Notes under the pieces: model-generated | Database searches by the model: none | Seen by the model: only the letters and a program-made list of their open reading frames with translations | What the model was told of the DNA's origin: nothing | Shown here: piece by piece, positions 10,199-20,414 of the stretch | How positions within the stretch are numbered: position 1 is the stretch's first letter | How the letters are laid out: each line of letters begins with the position of its first letter | Source: Escherichia phage vB_EcoM_G9062 | DNA: 64,000 nucleotides | Sequence record: NC_054920.1 | Direction: 5' to 3' (one strand) | Program-made: the position numbers and the translations under genes

Positions 10199-11367
10199 GT
10201 ATGTTACAACGTCCTGGATATCCAAATCTCAGCGTTAAATTATTTGAGAGTTATGACGCTTGGAGTAATAATAGATTTGTTGAATTAGCTGCTACTATTA
10301 CCACATTAACTATGCGTGACTCTCTTTATGGTCGAAATGAAGGAATGCTGCAGTTTTATGATTCTAAAAATATCCACACAAAAATGGATGGAAATGAAAT
10401 AATTCAAATTTCTGTAGCTAATGCAAACGATATTAATAATGTTAAAACACGAATTTATGGATGCAAGCATTTTTCCGTGTCAGTAGATTCAAAAGGCGAT
10501 AACATCATTGCTATTGAATTGGGAACTATTCATTCTATAGAAAATCTTAAATTTGGTAGACCATTTTTCCCTGATGCAGGTGAATCTATAAAAGAAATGC
10601 TTGGTGTCATTTATCAAGACCGCACATTATTAACTCCAGCAATAAATGCTATAAATGCTTATGTTCCTGATATTCCATGGACTAGCACATTTGAAAACTA
10701 TTTGTCATATGTAAGAGAAGTTGCTCTAGCGGTAGGAAGCGATAAGTTCGTATTTGTATGGCAAGACATCATGGGAGTTAACATGATGGACTATGATATG
10801 ATGATAAATCAAGAACCATATCCAATGATTGTAGGTGAGCCAACTTTAATAGGTCAATTCGTCCAAGAATTGAAATATCCATTAGCATATGATTTTGTTT
10901 GGTTGACTAAATCAAACCCGCATAAACGTGATCCAATGAAAAATGCTACTATCTATGCTCATTCATTTTTAGATTCTTCATTACCAATGATTACTACAGG
11001 AAAGGGTGAAAACTCTATTGTAGTGTCAAGGTCAGGTGCTTATTCTGAAATGACTTATAGAAATGGATATGAAGAAGCTATTCGTCTTCAGACTATGGCG
11101 CAATATGACGGCTATGCTAAATGTTCTACTGTCGGTAATTTTAACTTGACTCCTGGCGTTAAAATTATTTTTAATGATAGTAAAAACCAATTTAAAACAG
11201 AATTTTACGTTGATGAAGTTATTCACGAATTATCAAATAATAATTCCGTAACTCATCTATATATGTTCACTAATGCAACGAAACTGGAAACAATCGACCC
11301 AGTTAAGGTTAAAAATGAATTTAAAACTGATACTACCACTGAAGAAAGTAGTTCTTCCGATAAGTAA
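10195..11367 (+). CDS. 27: Baseplate hub subunit gp27
   Basis: 390 aa; ATGA overlap with gene 51. Confidence 0.92.
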   Translation: MSMLQRPGYPNLSVKLFESYDAWSNNRFVELAATITTLTMRDSLYGRNEGMLQFYDSKNIHTKMDGNEIIQISVANANDINNVKTRIYGCKHFSVSVDSKGDNIIAIELGTIHSIENLKFGRPFFPDAGESIKEMLGVIYQDRTLLTPAINAINAYVPDIPWTSTFENYLSYVREVALAVGSDKFVFVWQDIMGVNMMDYDMMINQEPYPMIVGEPTLIGQFVQELKYPLAYDFVWLTKSNPHKRDPMKNATIYAHSFLDSSLPMITTGKGENSIVVSRSGAYSEMTYRNGYEEAIRLQTMAQYDGYAKCSTVGNFNLTPGVKIIFNDSKNQFKTEFYVDEVIHELSNNNSVTHLYMFTNATKLETIDPVKVKNEFKTDTTTEESSSSDK

Positions 11368-11848
11368 TAAAGAAGTTTCTATTCCTAAGATGGGTCTTAA
11401 ACATTATAACATTTTAAAAGATGTTAAAGGTCCTGATGAAAATTTAAAGCTTCTTATTGATTCTATTTGTCCAAATTTATCACCGGCAGAAGTTGATTTC
11501 GTTTCCATTCATTTATTGGAATTTAATGGAAAGATTAAATCTCGTAAAGAAATAGATGGTTATACTTATGACATTAATGATGTTTATGTGTGCCAAAGAT
11601 TAGAATTTCAATACCAAGGAAATACATTTTATTTTAGACCTCCTGGAAAATTTGAACAATTTTTAACGGTGAGCGATATGTTATCCAAATGCTTGCTTAA
11701 GGTCAATGATGAAGTTAAAGAAATTAATTTTCTTGAGATGCCAGCATTCGTTTTAAAATGGGCAAATGATATTTTTACAACTTTAGCAATTCCTGGCCCT
11801 AATGGTCCAATAACCGGAATTGGCAATATTATTGGATTATTTGAATGA
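11315..11848 (+). CDS. 28: Baseplate hub distal subunit gp28
   Basis: 177 aa from the internal ATG ([11 protein letters not shown]...); overlaps the 3' end of gene 27 in another frame. Confidence 0.8.
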   Translation: MNLKLILPLKKVVLPISNKEVSIPKMGLKHYNILKDVKGPDENLKLLIDSICPNLSPAEVDFVSIHLLEFNGKIKSRKEIDGYTYDINDVYVCQRLEFQYQGNTFYFRPPGKFEQFLTVSDMLSKCLLKVNDEVKEINFLEMPAFVLKWANDIFTTLAIPGPNGPITGIGNIIGLFE

Positions 11849-13617
11849 AAAAGCCACAAGAAATGCAAACGATGCGTAGAAAAGTTATTTCAGATAATAA
11901 ACCAACACAGGAAGCGGCTAAATCCGCTTCTAACACTTTATCTGGACTTAACGATATATCTACGAAATTGGATGATGCTCAAGCTGCTTCTGAATTAATT
12001 GCTCAAACTGTTGAAGAAAAATCGAATGAAATAATTGGAGCAATTGACAATGTAGAAAGCGCAGTGAGTGATACTACTGCTGGTTCTGAGTTAATTGCTG
12101 AAACTGTCGAAATTGGCAATAATATTAATAAAGAAATCGGTGAATCGCTCGGAAGTAAATTAGATAAATTAACGAGTTTACTCGAGCAAAAAATCCAGAC
12201 AGCCGGAATTCAACAAACAGGAACTAGTTTAGCTACGGTTGAAAGCGCTATTCCTGTTAAAGTTGTTGAGGACGATACAGCTGAATCCGTGGGTCCTTTA
12301 TTACCAGCTCCTGAAGCAGTTAATAATGATCCTGATGCTGATTTTTTCCCTACCCCTCAGCCAGTTGAACCTAAACAAGAATCGCCAGAAGAAAAACAGA
12401 AAAAAGAAGCATTTAACTTAAAATTATCTCAAGCTTTAGATAAATTAACAAAGACTGTTGATTTTGGATTTAAGAAATCTATTTCAATTAGTGATAAAAT
12501 ATCAAGCATGTTATTTAAGTATACCGTTAGTGCTGCTATTGAAGCTGCTAAAATGACTGCAATGATATTGGCTGTTGTTGTTGGAATAGATCTGTTGATG
12601 GTTCACTTCAAATATTGGTCAGATAAATTTTCGCAGGCATGGGATTTGTTTAGTACAAACTTTACCAAATTCTCTAGCGAAACCGGAACGTGGGGTCCTT
12701 TATTACAGAGCATCTTTGATTCTATTGATAAAATTAAACAACTTTGGGAAGCGGGAGATTGGGGTGGATTGACAGCAGCTATTGTTGAAGGACTCGGAAG
12801 TGTTCTTTTTAATTTAGGTGAACTTATTCAATTAGGTATGGCTAAATTATCTGCTGCAATTCTTCGAGTCATTCCTGGTATGAAGGATACTGCTGATGAA
12901 GTAGAAGGAAGAGCATTAGAAAATTTCCAAAATTCTACTGGAGCATCTCTCAATAAAGAAGACCAGGAAAAAGTTGCAAATTATCAAGATAAACGAATGA
13001 ATGGAGACCTTGGTCCGATAGCAAAAGGATTAGATAAAATTGCTAATTGGAAAACTCGTGCATCTAATTGGATTCGTGGAGTTGATAATAAAGAAGCACT
13101 AACTACTGACGAAGAGCGTGCGGCAGAAGAAGAAAAATTAAAGCAACTTTCACCTGAAGAAAGAAAAAATGCTTTAATGAAGGCTAATGAAGCCCGTGCC
13201 GCAATGATTCGCTTTGAAAAATATGCTGATTCAGCTGATATGAGTAAAGACTCAACGGTTAAATCAGTTGAAGCTGCCTATGAAGACCTTAAAAAACGGA
13301 TGGATGACCCGGATTTAAATAATTCACCGGCAGTTAAAAAAGAACTTGCTGCTAGATTTTCTAAAATTGATGCTACTTATCAAGAGCTCAAGAAAAATCA
13401 GCCTAATGCCAAACCTGAAACTTCTGCTAAATCACCAGAAGCGAAACAAGTCCAGGTGATTGAAAAGAACAAAGCACAGCAAGCTCCTGTTCAACAAGCA
13501 TCTCCTTCAATCAATAATACTAATAATGTTATTAAGAAAAATACTGTCGTTCATAATATGACACCCGTAACGAGCACGACTGCTCCTGGTGTATTTGATG
13601 CGACTGGAGTTAATTAA
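11845..13617 (+). CDS. 29: Baseplate hub / tail length determinator gp29
   Basis: 590 aa, same length as T4 gp29. Confidence 0.92.
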   Translation: MKKPQEMQTMRRKVISDNKPTQEAAKSASNTLSGLNDISTKLDDAQAASELIAQTVEEKSNEIIGAIDNVESAVSDTTAGSELIAETVEIGNNINKEIGESLGSKLDKLTSLLEQKIQTAGIQQTGTSLATVESAIPVKVVEDDTAESVGPLLPAPEAVNNDPDADFFPTPQPVEPKQESPEEKQKKEAFNLKLSQALDKLTKTVDFGFKKSISISDKISSMLFKYTVSAAIEAAKMTAMILAVVVGIDLLMVHFKYWSDKFSQAWDLFSTNFTKFSSETGTWGPLLQSIFDSIDKIKQLWEAGDWGGLTAAIVEGLGSVLFNLGELIQLGMAKLSAAILRVIPGMKDTADEVEGRALENFQNSTGASLNKEDQEKVANYQDKRMNGDLGPIAKGLDKIANWKTRASNWIRGVDNKEALTTDEERAAEEEKLKQLSPEERKNALMKANEARAAMIRFEKYADSADMSKDSTVKSVEAAYEDLKKRMDDPDLNNSPAVKKELAARFSKIDATYQELKKNQPNAKPETSAKSPEAKQVQVIEKNKAQQAPVQQASPSINNTNNVIKKNTVVHNMTPVTSTTAPGVFDATGVN

Positions 13618-13625
13618 GGAATAAT

Positions 13626-14720
13626 ATGGCAATTGTTAAAGAAATAACTGCTGATTTAATTAAAAAGTCTGGTGAGAAAATTTCAGCCGGACAGAGTACT
13701 AAATCAGAAGTAGGAACTAAAACATACACTGCCCAGTTTCCAACTGGGCGTGCTAGTGGTAATGACACTACAGGGGACTTCCAGGTAACAGATCTATATA
13801 AGAATGGATTATTATTTACTGCATACAATATGTCATCTAGGGATTCTGGAAGTCTTAGATCGATGAGATCTAACTACTCTTCTTCATCTTCGAGTATTTT
13901 ACGTACAGCTAGAAACACTATTAGTAGTACAGTATCAAAACTATCAAATGGATTAATATCAAACAATAATTCAGGAACAATAAGTAAAGCTCCTGTCGCA
14001 AACATTCTTTTACCGAGATCTAAATCTGACGTTGATACATCATCACATAGATTTAATGATGTTCAAGAAAGTCTTATCAGCAGAGGCGGAGGTACTGCTA
14101 CTGGTGTGTTAAGTAATATTGCTTCAACTGCAGTATTTGGGGCACTGGAAAGTATAACACAAGGTATAATGGCTGATAATAATGAACAGATTTATACGAC
14201 AGCCAGAAGTATGTATGGTGGTGCTGAGAATAGAACTAAAGTGTTTACATGGGATTTGACTCCACGTTCAACAGAAGATTTGATGGCTATTATCAATATC
14301 TATCAATATTTTAACTATTTTTCTTATGGTGAAACAGGCAAATCTCAATATGCTGCTGAAATAAAGGGGTATTTGGATGATTGGTATCGTTCTACGTTAA
14401 TTGAACCTTTATCTCCGGAAGACGCAGCTAAAAATAAAACACTATTTGAGAAAATGACATCGAGCTTAACTAACGTTCTAGTAGTTTCAAACCCGACAAT
14501 TTGGATGGTGAAAAACTTTGGTGCAACATCTAAGTTTGATGGAAAAACGGAAATATTTGGTCCATGCCAAATACAGAGCATCAGATTTGATAAAACACCT
14601 AATGGTAACTTTAACGGATTAGCTATTGCTCCAAACCTCCCTAGTACATTTACTCTTGAGATTACTATGAGAGAAATTATCACGTTAAACCGTGCTTCTT
14701 TATATGCGGGGACTTTTTAA
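13626..14720 (+). CDS. 48: Baseplate tail tube cap gp48
   Basis: 364 aa, synteny. Confidence 0.92.
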   Translation: MAIVKEITADLIKKSGEKISAGQSTKSEVGTKTYTAQFPTGRASGNDTTGDFQVTDLYKNGLLFTAYNMSSRDSGSLRSMRSNYSSSSSSILRTARNTISSTVSKLSNGLISNNNSGTISKAPVANILLPRSKSDVDTSSHRFNDVQESLISRGGGTATGVLSNIASTAVFGALESITQGIMADNNEQIYTTARSMYGGAENRTKVFTWDLTPRSTEDLMAIINIYQYFNYFSYGETGKSQYAAEIKGYLDDWYRSTLIEPLSPEDAAKNKTLFEKMTSSLTNVLVVSNPTIWMVKNFGATSKFDGKTEIFGPCQIQSIRFDKTPNGNFNGLAIAPNLPSTFTLEITMREIITLNRASLYAGTF

Positions 14721-15685
14721 TGTATTCTTTAGAGGAATTTAATAATCAAGCAATAAACGCAGATTTCCAACGTAATAATATGTTTAGCTGCGTTTTTGCG
14801 ACAACTCCATCAACTAAAAGCTCTTCGTTGATAAGTTCAATTAGCAACTTTTCTTATAATAACTTGGGTCTAAATTCAGACTGGTTAGGATTATCTCAAG
14901 GCGATATTAATCAGGGAATTACCACGCTAATTACTGCTGGCACACAAAAACTGATAAGAAAATCAGGGGTTAGTAAATATCTTATTGGTGCCATGAGTCA
15001 ACGTACAGTTCAAAGTTTATTGGGCTCATTTACAGTTGGTACATATTTAATTGACTTCTTTAATATGGCATATAATTCATCTGGATTGATGATATACTCT
15101 GTAAAAATGCCAGAGAATAGATTATCCTATGAAACTGACTGGAATTATAACTCTCCTAATATTCGTATAACTGGGAGAGAATTGGACCCTTTGGTTATTT
15201 CATTTAGAATGGATTCAGAAGCTTGTAACTATCGTGCGATGCAAGACTGGGTTAACGCTGTTCAAGACCCAGTAACTGGACTGCGTGCTTTGCCACAGGA
15301 TGTCGAGGCAGATATTCAGGTTAATCTTCATGCTCGTAATGGATTACCTCATACTGCGGTGATGTTCACCGGATGCATTCCAGTGTCAGTGAGCGCTCCT
15401 GAGTTATCATATGATGGAGATAACCAAATAACTACATTTGATGTTACTTTTGCGTATAGAGTCATGCAGGCTGGGTCGGTTGATAGACAAGCTGCGCTTG
15501 AGTGGCTTGAATCTGCTGCTATAAATGGCATTCAAAGTGTTCTCGGAAATAGTGGAGGTGTTACTGGATTATCTAATTCGCTTTCACGACTTAGTAGATT
15601 AGGGGGAACTGCAGGAAGCATTTCAAATATTAATACTATGACAGGAATTGTCAATTCGCAAAGTAAAATATTAGGAGCAATATAA
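14720..15685 (+). CDS. 54: Tail tube initiator gp54
   Basis: 321 aa; ATGA-type junction with gene 48. Confidence 0.92.
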   Translation: MYSLEEFNNQAINADFQRNNMFSCVFATTPSTKSSSLISSISNFSYNNLGLNSDWLGLSQGDINQGITTLITAGTQKLIRKSGVSKYLIGAMSQRTVQSLLGSFTVGTYLIDFFNMAYNSSGLMIYSVKMPENRLSYETDWNYNSPNIRITGRELDPLVISFRMDSEACNYRAMQDWVNAVQDPVTGLRALPQDVEADIQVNLHARNGLPHTAVMFTGCIPVSVSAPELSYDGDNQITTFDVTFAYRVMQAGSVDRQAALEWLESAAINGIQSVLGNSGGVTGLSNSLSRLSRLGGTAGSISNINTMTGIVNSQSKILGAI

Positions 15686-15689
15686 CAAT

Positions 15690-15707
15690 GGGGACCGAAA
15701 GGTCCCC
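15690..15707 (+). terminator. Terminator after gene 54
   Basis: ggggacc-gaaa-ggtcccc then atattttattt. Confidence 0.55.
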
Positions 15708-15712
15708 ATATT

Positions 15713-16003
15713 TTATTTACGGAATGAAATAAAAGCAGCAACTGAAGCAACAGAGGTTTCTTCAATATAAACCTCAATTTTTACCGGAGCTTCTGACTCA
15801 AATTTACCTGTTACTACACCTTGGAAAATACTTTCAGTCTGTTCTGGCTTTGAAAAATTTTCAGAAGGAAAAATTCCGAACTTTTTATCTGTTCCAAAAA
15901 TTTTGATAAATTCATCATAAACTGCTTCATTAAAAGCGTTATTCCTGCTGATAACGCCTTCAACTACAAGTTCTTGACCTAAAAAGCGTAAAGAAGATTT
16001 CAT
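15713..16003 (-). CDS. alt.-3: Alt.-3-like small protein
   Basis: 96-aa ORF just downstream of the early promoter copy A. Confidence 0.7.
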   Translation of the reverse strand: MKSSLRFLGQELVVEGVISRNNAFNEAVYDEFIKIFGTDKKFGIFPSENFSKPEQTESIFQGVVTGKFESEAPVKIEVYIEETSVASVAAFISFRK

Positions 16004-16010
16004 TTTGTGT

Positions 16011-16064
16011 TCCTCATGTTATGTCAGTAAGACTACTATAACACAACACGAGGGACTTGTAAAC
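16011..16064 (-). promoter_or_regulatory. Early promoter plus leader, copy A of a 54-bp exact repeat
   Basis: Minus strand: GTTTAC, 17 nt, gTTATAGT, leader with SD gaggaac; identical to 31874-31927. Confidence 0.6.
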
Positions 16065-18121
16065 TACATTTTGAACTTTTTAGACATTCCGTTGATGTTA
16101 ACCAAAGAAGCTAAGATTTGAGAAACTTCGCTTTCCTCTTCTTTTGATTCTTCTACAAGGAATTGATTAAATCCAGCCATTGGACGAACTTCACCAGTTT
16201 CCATTAGATGGTCGCCATCATATACTGATTCTTCTAATTGTTCAGAAGGAGGAACGATTGTACCTTCGATTAGATACTTGTTATAAGCAGTTTCTTTCAT
16301 AAAGTAAGTACTTACTTTATTAATCTTCAGTAAAATTCCACGTGGTAGAATAACTTCAGCTTCTGACGGAAATCCTGATAAATGACCCGGAACGATAACT
16401 TTGATTCGCTCAGCTCCTTTAATTACCATACCCACGCTAGTTTCAGCATCTTCATTAGCATATGTAGAATGACTACCCATATGCATCAAATCTTCTGCAT
16501 CAACGGAACCTTCTCCTTCACCAGAAAATACTGCGCCGGAATCATCTAGAGCCATATAGTTTTTACCATGCTCACCGAAGATATTTGGTTTAAGCGATGT
16601 GGATACGAAGTTCTTGAAATAGAACATTTTATTTTCAATGTTATGACGCAAAGTTTTAAAGGTAACTTCTTGTCCACGGTAAAGTGTAGTTCCTGGAGGA
16701 AGAACTGAACCTTTAGCGAATGCAGAATCAAGCGTCTCAATATGTTTAATAGCTCGTTCCATATATTCTTCACGGGTAGAATCTGGTTTACCCAAAAGGA
16801 ACGAGTTCATTTCAACATATGAATCTGCACAATAATCTTCAATTACATCAGATTCAGCTTGAGTTAATCCTTTTGGAGTTACTTCAGTGCTTGCGTATTC
16901 ATATGCCTGAGCAGCAGATTCATTAATCAATTTATAAATGCCATTCATGACAAATTGAATAATAGCTGTCTTTTCATCTGGCGTAGCTTTAGAACCTTTA
17001 ACCAAATCATTGATAATTTTCTTAATAACATCAAAGCTATTAGAAATATTAATATCAGCAAGATCGCTTAAAATTTTATCAGTCTTATAATCAAAGAATT
17101 CTTTATTCTTTAAATATTCTTGAGAACCTTGATATGTTATATCGCTCTGTAACTTGATAGATGGATCACGTAAACGTGCATGGGCTAATGCAATATGATT
17201 TCGGAAGCTTTCGAGTTCATAATCACTAGATTTAAAACGAGAAGCGCTTCTCATACCGCCTATAGCTCCTTTGCTGAAGTTTGAACCAATTTGAATAACG
17301 CCAGAGTTCATTGGTCCTTCTGCTTTATACACCGGAACTTTAGATTCAAACTCTTGATATTTCTTAGCAGCGAAGCTATCACCCTGAAGTGAAGCATCAA
17401 CAGTAGAATATTGAGCTTGTGCTGCTAATCGACGACTAATTTTAGTTTTTTGAATAACAGCTTGATCCGTGCGCTTATCATTTTCTAAAGCAATAGAAGC
17501 AGCAACAGCGACAGCTTTAGGAACAGCATTACCTGTTTTAACATCTACATAAACATCACCGACCTTCGATTCAACTTTTGTGAATAACTCAGTTGAAATA
17601 GGAGGTACACCTGGAATGTCTTCTAAATTGGCATTTTTACGGTAAACCATAATATATGCATACTTTTTATCATAGTCCCAGATTTCCTTTAAAAGAACAT
17701 ATCGACCTGCTCCTTTAGTACGTACTAAACGGTCAGCAATAACTTGCATTTGACGAGCAGCGCCATTTGTTTTACTCTTTAGTACGCGGAATAAGCATGC
17801 ATCAATTTTATACTGTTTCATTGTTTGAAGAGCAGTATCAAAAACAGCGTTAATGACGCCAATTGGATTTCCACCCAAGTTTCTAAGTTTAACCAGTGAT
17901 AATTTCTCGTTGACACCTATCATTACGATATGCATCATTTTATCGCCCGGCTTAACGTTTTTATTTGTATCACCTCCAGAGGTGTATGTACAAAATCTAA
18001 ATCCAGGAAGCACGCTTTCTTCGCCGGCTTGAATAGCAAAAATTTGAGGTATTTTATGCTTAGGATTTAAGTTAACAACCGGCGCCGAAGCGCCGTCAAA
18101 TAATTCTGTAATAAGTTCCAT
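16064..18121 (-). CDS. Alt-like ADP-ribosyltransferase paralog (685 aa)
   Basis: Shares N-terminal and C-terminal regions with alt incl. TLYRGQ, YFKNFVSTSL, EAEVILPRG; central region divergent. Confidence 0.85.
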   Translation of the reverse strand: MELITELFDGASAPVVNLNPKHKIPQIFAIQAGEESVLPGFRFCTYTSGGDTNKNVKPGDKMMHIVMIGVNEKLSLVKLRNLGGNPIGVINAVFDTALQTMKQYKIDACLFRVLKSKTNGAARQMQVIADRLVRTKGAGRYVLLKEIWDYDKKYAYIMVYRKNANLEDIPGVPPISTELFTKVESKVGDVYVDVKTGNAVPKAVAVAASIALENDKRTDQAVIQKTKISRRLAAQAQYSTVDASLQGDSFAAKKYQEFESKVPVYKAEGPMNSGVIQIGSNFSKGAIGGMRSASRFKSSDYELESFRNHIALAHARLRDPSIKLQSDITYQGSQEYLKNKEFFDYKTDKILSDLADINISNSFDVIKKIINDLVKGSKATPDEKTAIIQFVMNGIYKLINESAAQAYEYASTEVTPKGLTQAESDVIEDYCADSYVEMNSFLLGKPDSTREEYMERAIKHIETLDSAFAKGSVLPPGTTLYRGQEVTFKTLRHNIENKMFYFKNFVSTSLKPNIFGEHGKNYMALDDSGAVFSGEGEGSVDAEDLMHMGSHSTYANEDAETSVGMVIKGAERIKVIVPGHLSGFPSEAEVILPRGILLKINKVSTYFMKETAYNKYLIEGTIVPPSEQLEESVYDGDHLMETGEVRPMAGFNQFLVEESKEEESEVSQILASLVNINGMSKKFKM

Positions 18122-18124
18122 GAT

Positions 18125-20173
18125 TTATCCTTGAACGAACTTGTAAGGCATGTTTGCAATATCTATGCAAGACGCAATAATTCCAAGAGATGATTCTACT
18201 TTCTGTTTAACATTTGATGAAACAAATGATGCAAAGTCAACTCTATCTTCTATATCACCTGTCATTGTAACCAATTCACCAGTTTCCATTAAATGGTCTC
18301 CGTCATAGATTACCGATTCGGTGAGTTCTTCTGTGGTCATAACTTCAGCTTGAATAAGCTTGTTGTTAGTTTTAACTGTTCCATCATTGTAAGATGCATC
18401 GGTTATTTTATTAACTTTGACCATTAATCCACGTGGCAAAATGACTTCCATTTCATTTGAAGGTGCTAAACTTCCACCGGGTAAAACAACATTGACCTTA
18501 TCAGCCCCAGTAATAACCCATCCAATTCCAACTAAATTATCGCTAGAATTTACTAGTCCTTCATCAGTTTTATCAATAGAAACACTTAGACGCTTTTCGT
18601 CTGGTAAAACACCTACAGATGAATCAGTCATCCAAGTACCAAAAATATTTGGATATAATGATGTTGACACAAAGTTTCTAAAATAAAAAACTCGATTTTT
18701 TACCATTGCTTCATATATTGAAGGTAACATTCGTTGTGAACGATACAAAGTAATACCTTTTGGTAATCGTTCACCATTTTTAAAGGCTGAATCTAAATTA
18801 TCAATAGCTTTTTCTATGTCAGATGCTGTCAAAATACTTGTACGCTCATCTGGATTATATAATCCCAAAAGAGCATTATTTATATCTACATATCCTGAAC
18901 CTACGTATTCACGAATTCCGCGTTTTTGCGCCGGTGTGTATTTAGATGAATCTTTATTTTCGACTATAGGATGTAATGACCATCCAGCTGTAAGAGCATA
19001 TCCACGTAATTCTCTTCGAATAATCTTTGTTTTTATTGCATTCCAAGAATTTTGTACTAACTCATTTGCAGCATCTTGGTTTAAATGCGAATGTTTGTTA
19101 ATATTTCTTTCAAACCAAGCACCTTTATATTTTTCTAAAGTATCATCGACGATAGAAGCAATAGTTTCTAAAGTTTTTATTGAAGTAATAGATTCTTTTC
19201 GTAATCTTTCTAAAGCTTTATTTTTTATTTCTGTATTAACATCAGATTCTTTATCTTCAGGAATTATAGAAGCTTCTCTGAATGCCATTCCAGCTGTAAC
19301 ACTATTAAGAGCATTCTCTAATGCAAATCCTGAAGTAGAAATAACAGTTAATTCGTTAGCATCGGAAATTAAAGGCGCATCAGCGGGTTTATTTAATTCT
19401 GCTGCTGAAGCCTCAAATTTTTGAAACATCGGTGTTTCAAATCTAGAAGATTCCAATGATTGACTTTGCGCAATTGCTCTACGGGAAATTTTAACTTTAA
19501 CGATTACAGCTTGGTCAGAACGTTTATCATTTTCTTGTGCAATAGATGCTGCAATTGCCTCATTTTTAGTTACTTGAGCTCCAGTATCTTTATTGATATA
19601 AACATCACCGACCTTCGATTCAACTTTAGTAAAGAGCTCGGTACTAATTTCTGGAACTCCTGGAATGTCTTCTAGTGATACATTTTTGCGATGTATAAGA
19701 ATATATGCATACTTTTTATCATAATCCCAGAGTTCCTTAAGAAGGACGTATCTGCCGCCTGAACGACTACGGATAAGTCTATCAGCAATAACTTGAATTT
19801 GTCGAGCTTGACCAGCGGTTTTAGACTTAAGAATACGGAGCATACAAGCATCAATTTTATATTGACGCATTGTTTGCATTGCAACAGTAAAAACTGAATT
19901 GATATAATTAATTGGGCTTGGCCCAAGACCTTTCAATTTAGCAATTGAACCTTTAGCGGTTAATGTAAAAGGAACAATATGCATCATTTTATCGCCCATT
20001 TTTAAATCGCGATTAGTATCACCTCCAGATGTATAGGTACATAAACGAAAGCCTGGCTGTTCAATTGCATCATCAACGTGAACTGAAAAAATTTGCGGTA
20101 TTTTCTTCTTTGGATTTAAGTTTGTAATCGGAAGAGTAGTATCTTCGTCAAATAATTCTGTAATGAGTTCCAT
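18125..20173 (-). CDS. alt: Alt ADP-ribosyltransferase, capsid-packaged
   Basis: 682 aa from second Met; TLYRSQ, YFRNFVSTSL, EMEVILPRG motifs (R-S-E type). Confidence 0.85.
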   Translation of the reverse strand: MELITELFDEDTTLPITNLNPKKKIPQIFSVHVDDAIEQPGFRLCTYTSGGDTNRDLKMGDKMMHIVPFTLTAKGSIAKLKGLGPSPINYINSVFTVAMQTMRQYKIDACMLRILKSKTAGQARQIQVIADRLIRSRSGGRYVLLKELWDYDKKYAYILIHRKNVSLEDIPGVPEISTELFTKVESKVGDVYINKDTGAQVTKNEAIAASIAQENDKRSDQAVIVKVKISRRAIAQSQSLESSRFETPMFQKFEASAAELNKPADAPLISDANELTVISTSGFALENALNSVTAGMAFREASIIPEDKESDVNTEIKNKALERLRKESITSIKTLETIASIVDDTLEKYKGAWFERNINKHSHLNQDAANELVQNSWNAIKTKIIRRELRGYALTAGWSLHPIVENKDSSKYTPAQKRGIREYVGSGYVDINNALLGLYNPDERTSILTASDIEKAIDNLDSAFKNGERLPKGITLYRSQRMLPSIYEAMVKNRVFYFRNFVSTSLYPNIFGTWMTDSSVGVLPDEKRLSVSIDKTDEGLVNSSDNLVGIGWVITGADKVNVVLPGGSLAPSNEMEVILPRGLMVKVNKITDASYNDGTVKTNNKLIQAEVMTTEELTESVIYDGDHLMETGELVTMTGDIEDRVDFASFVSSNVKQKVESSLGIIASCIDIANMPYKFVQG

Positions 20174-20210
20174 CATATCCTCTCTAGTGTTTATTCTATT
20201 TATAAAATTA

Positions 20211-20226
20211 AAGGCCCGAAGGCCTT
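20211..20226 (-). terminator. GC hairpin between the ligase operon and alt
   Basis: aaggcc-cgaa-ggcctt with T-rich flank on the minus strand. Confidence 0.4.
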
Positions 20227-20414
20227 TAATAATCTATTGGTAAGAGAGTACGGTATATTTCAAACTTTGGACCTTTTTCATAGGCATCAAATGTTTCTGT
20301 GAATTTATTATAAGCATATGCATCTACAAATTCGAGAATGACTTGTGATACAGAAGTAGAAACATCTCCACCTTCTTTTTGAGCAATGACAATTGTTTCT
20401 AAGTAAGCTTTCAT
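20226..20414 (-). CDS. Hypothetical 62-aa protein
   Basis: ATG start overlapping the ligase stop. Confidence 0.55.
   Translation of the reverse strand: MKAYLETIVIAQKEGGDVSTSVSQVILEFVDAYAYNKFTETFDAYEKGPKFEIYRTLLPIDY

Noticed and set aside
11273-11314. Longer N-terminal extensions of gp28, rnlA, denA, nrdB, rnh, gp33 and gp38 as given in the ORF track
   Set aside because: The track allows TTG/GTG starts; in each case an internal ATG with a Shine-Dalgarno site gives the length I recall for the T4 protein.
18816-19424. 202-aa plus-strand ORF inside alt, and similar antisense ORFs in hoc/inh, nrdA, gp32, gp34 and gp37
   Set aside because: Shadow ORFs opposite strongly supported genes, with no start signals of their own.
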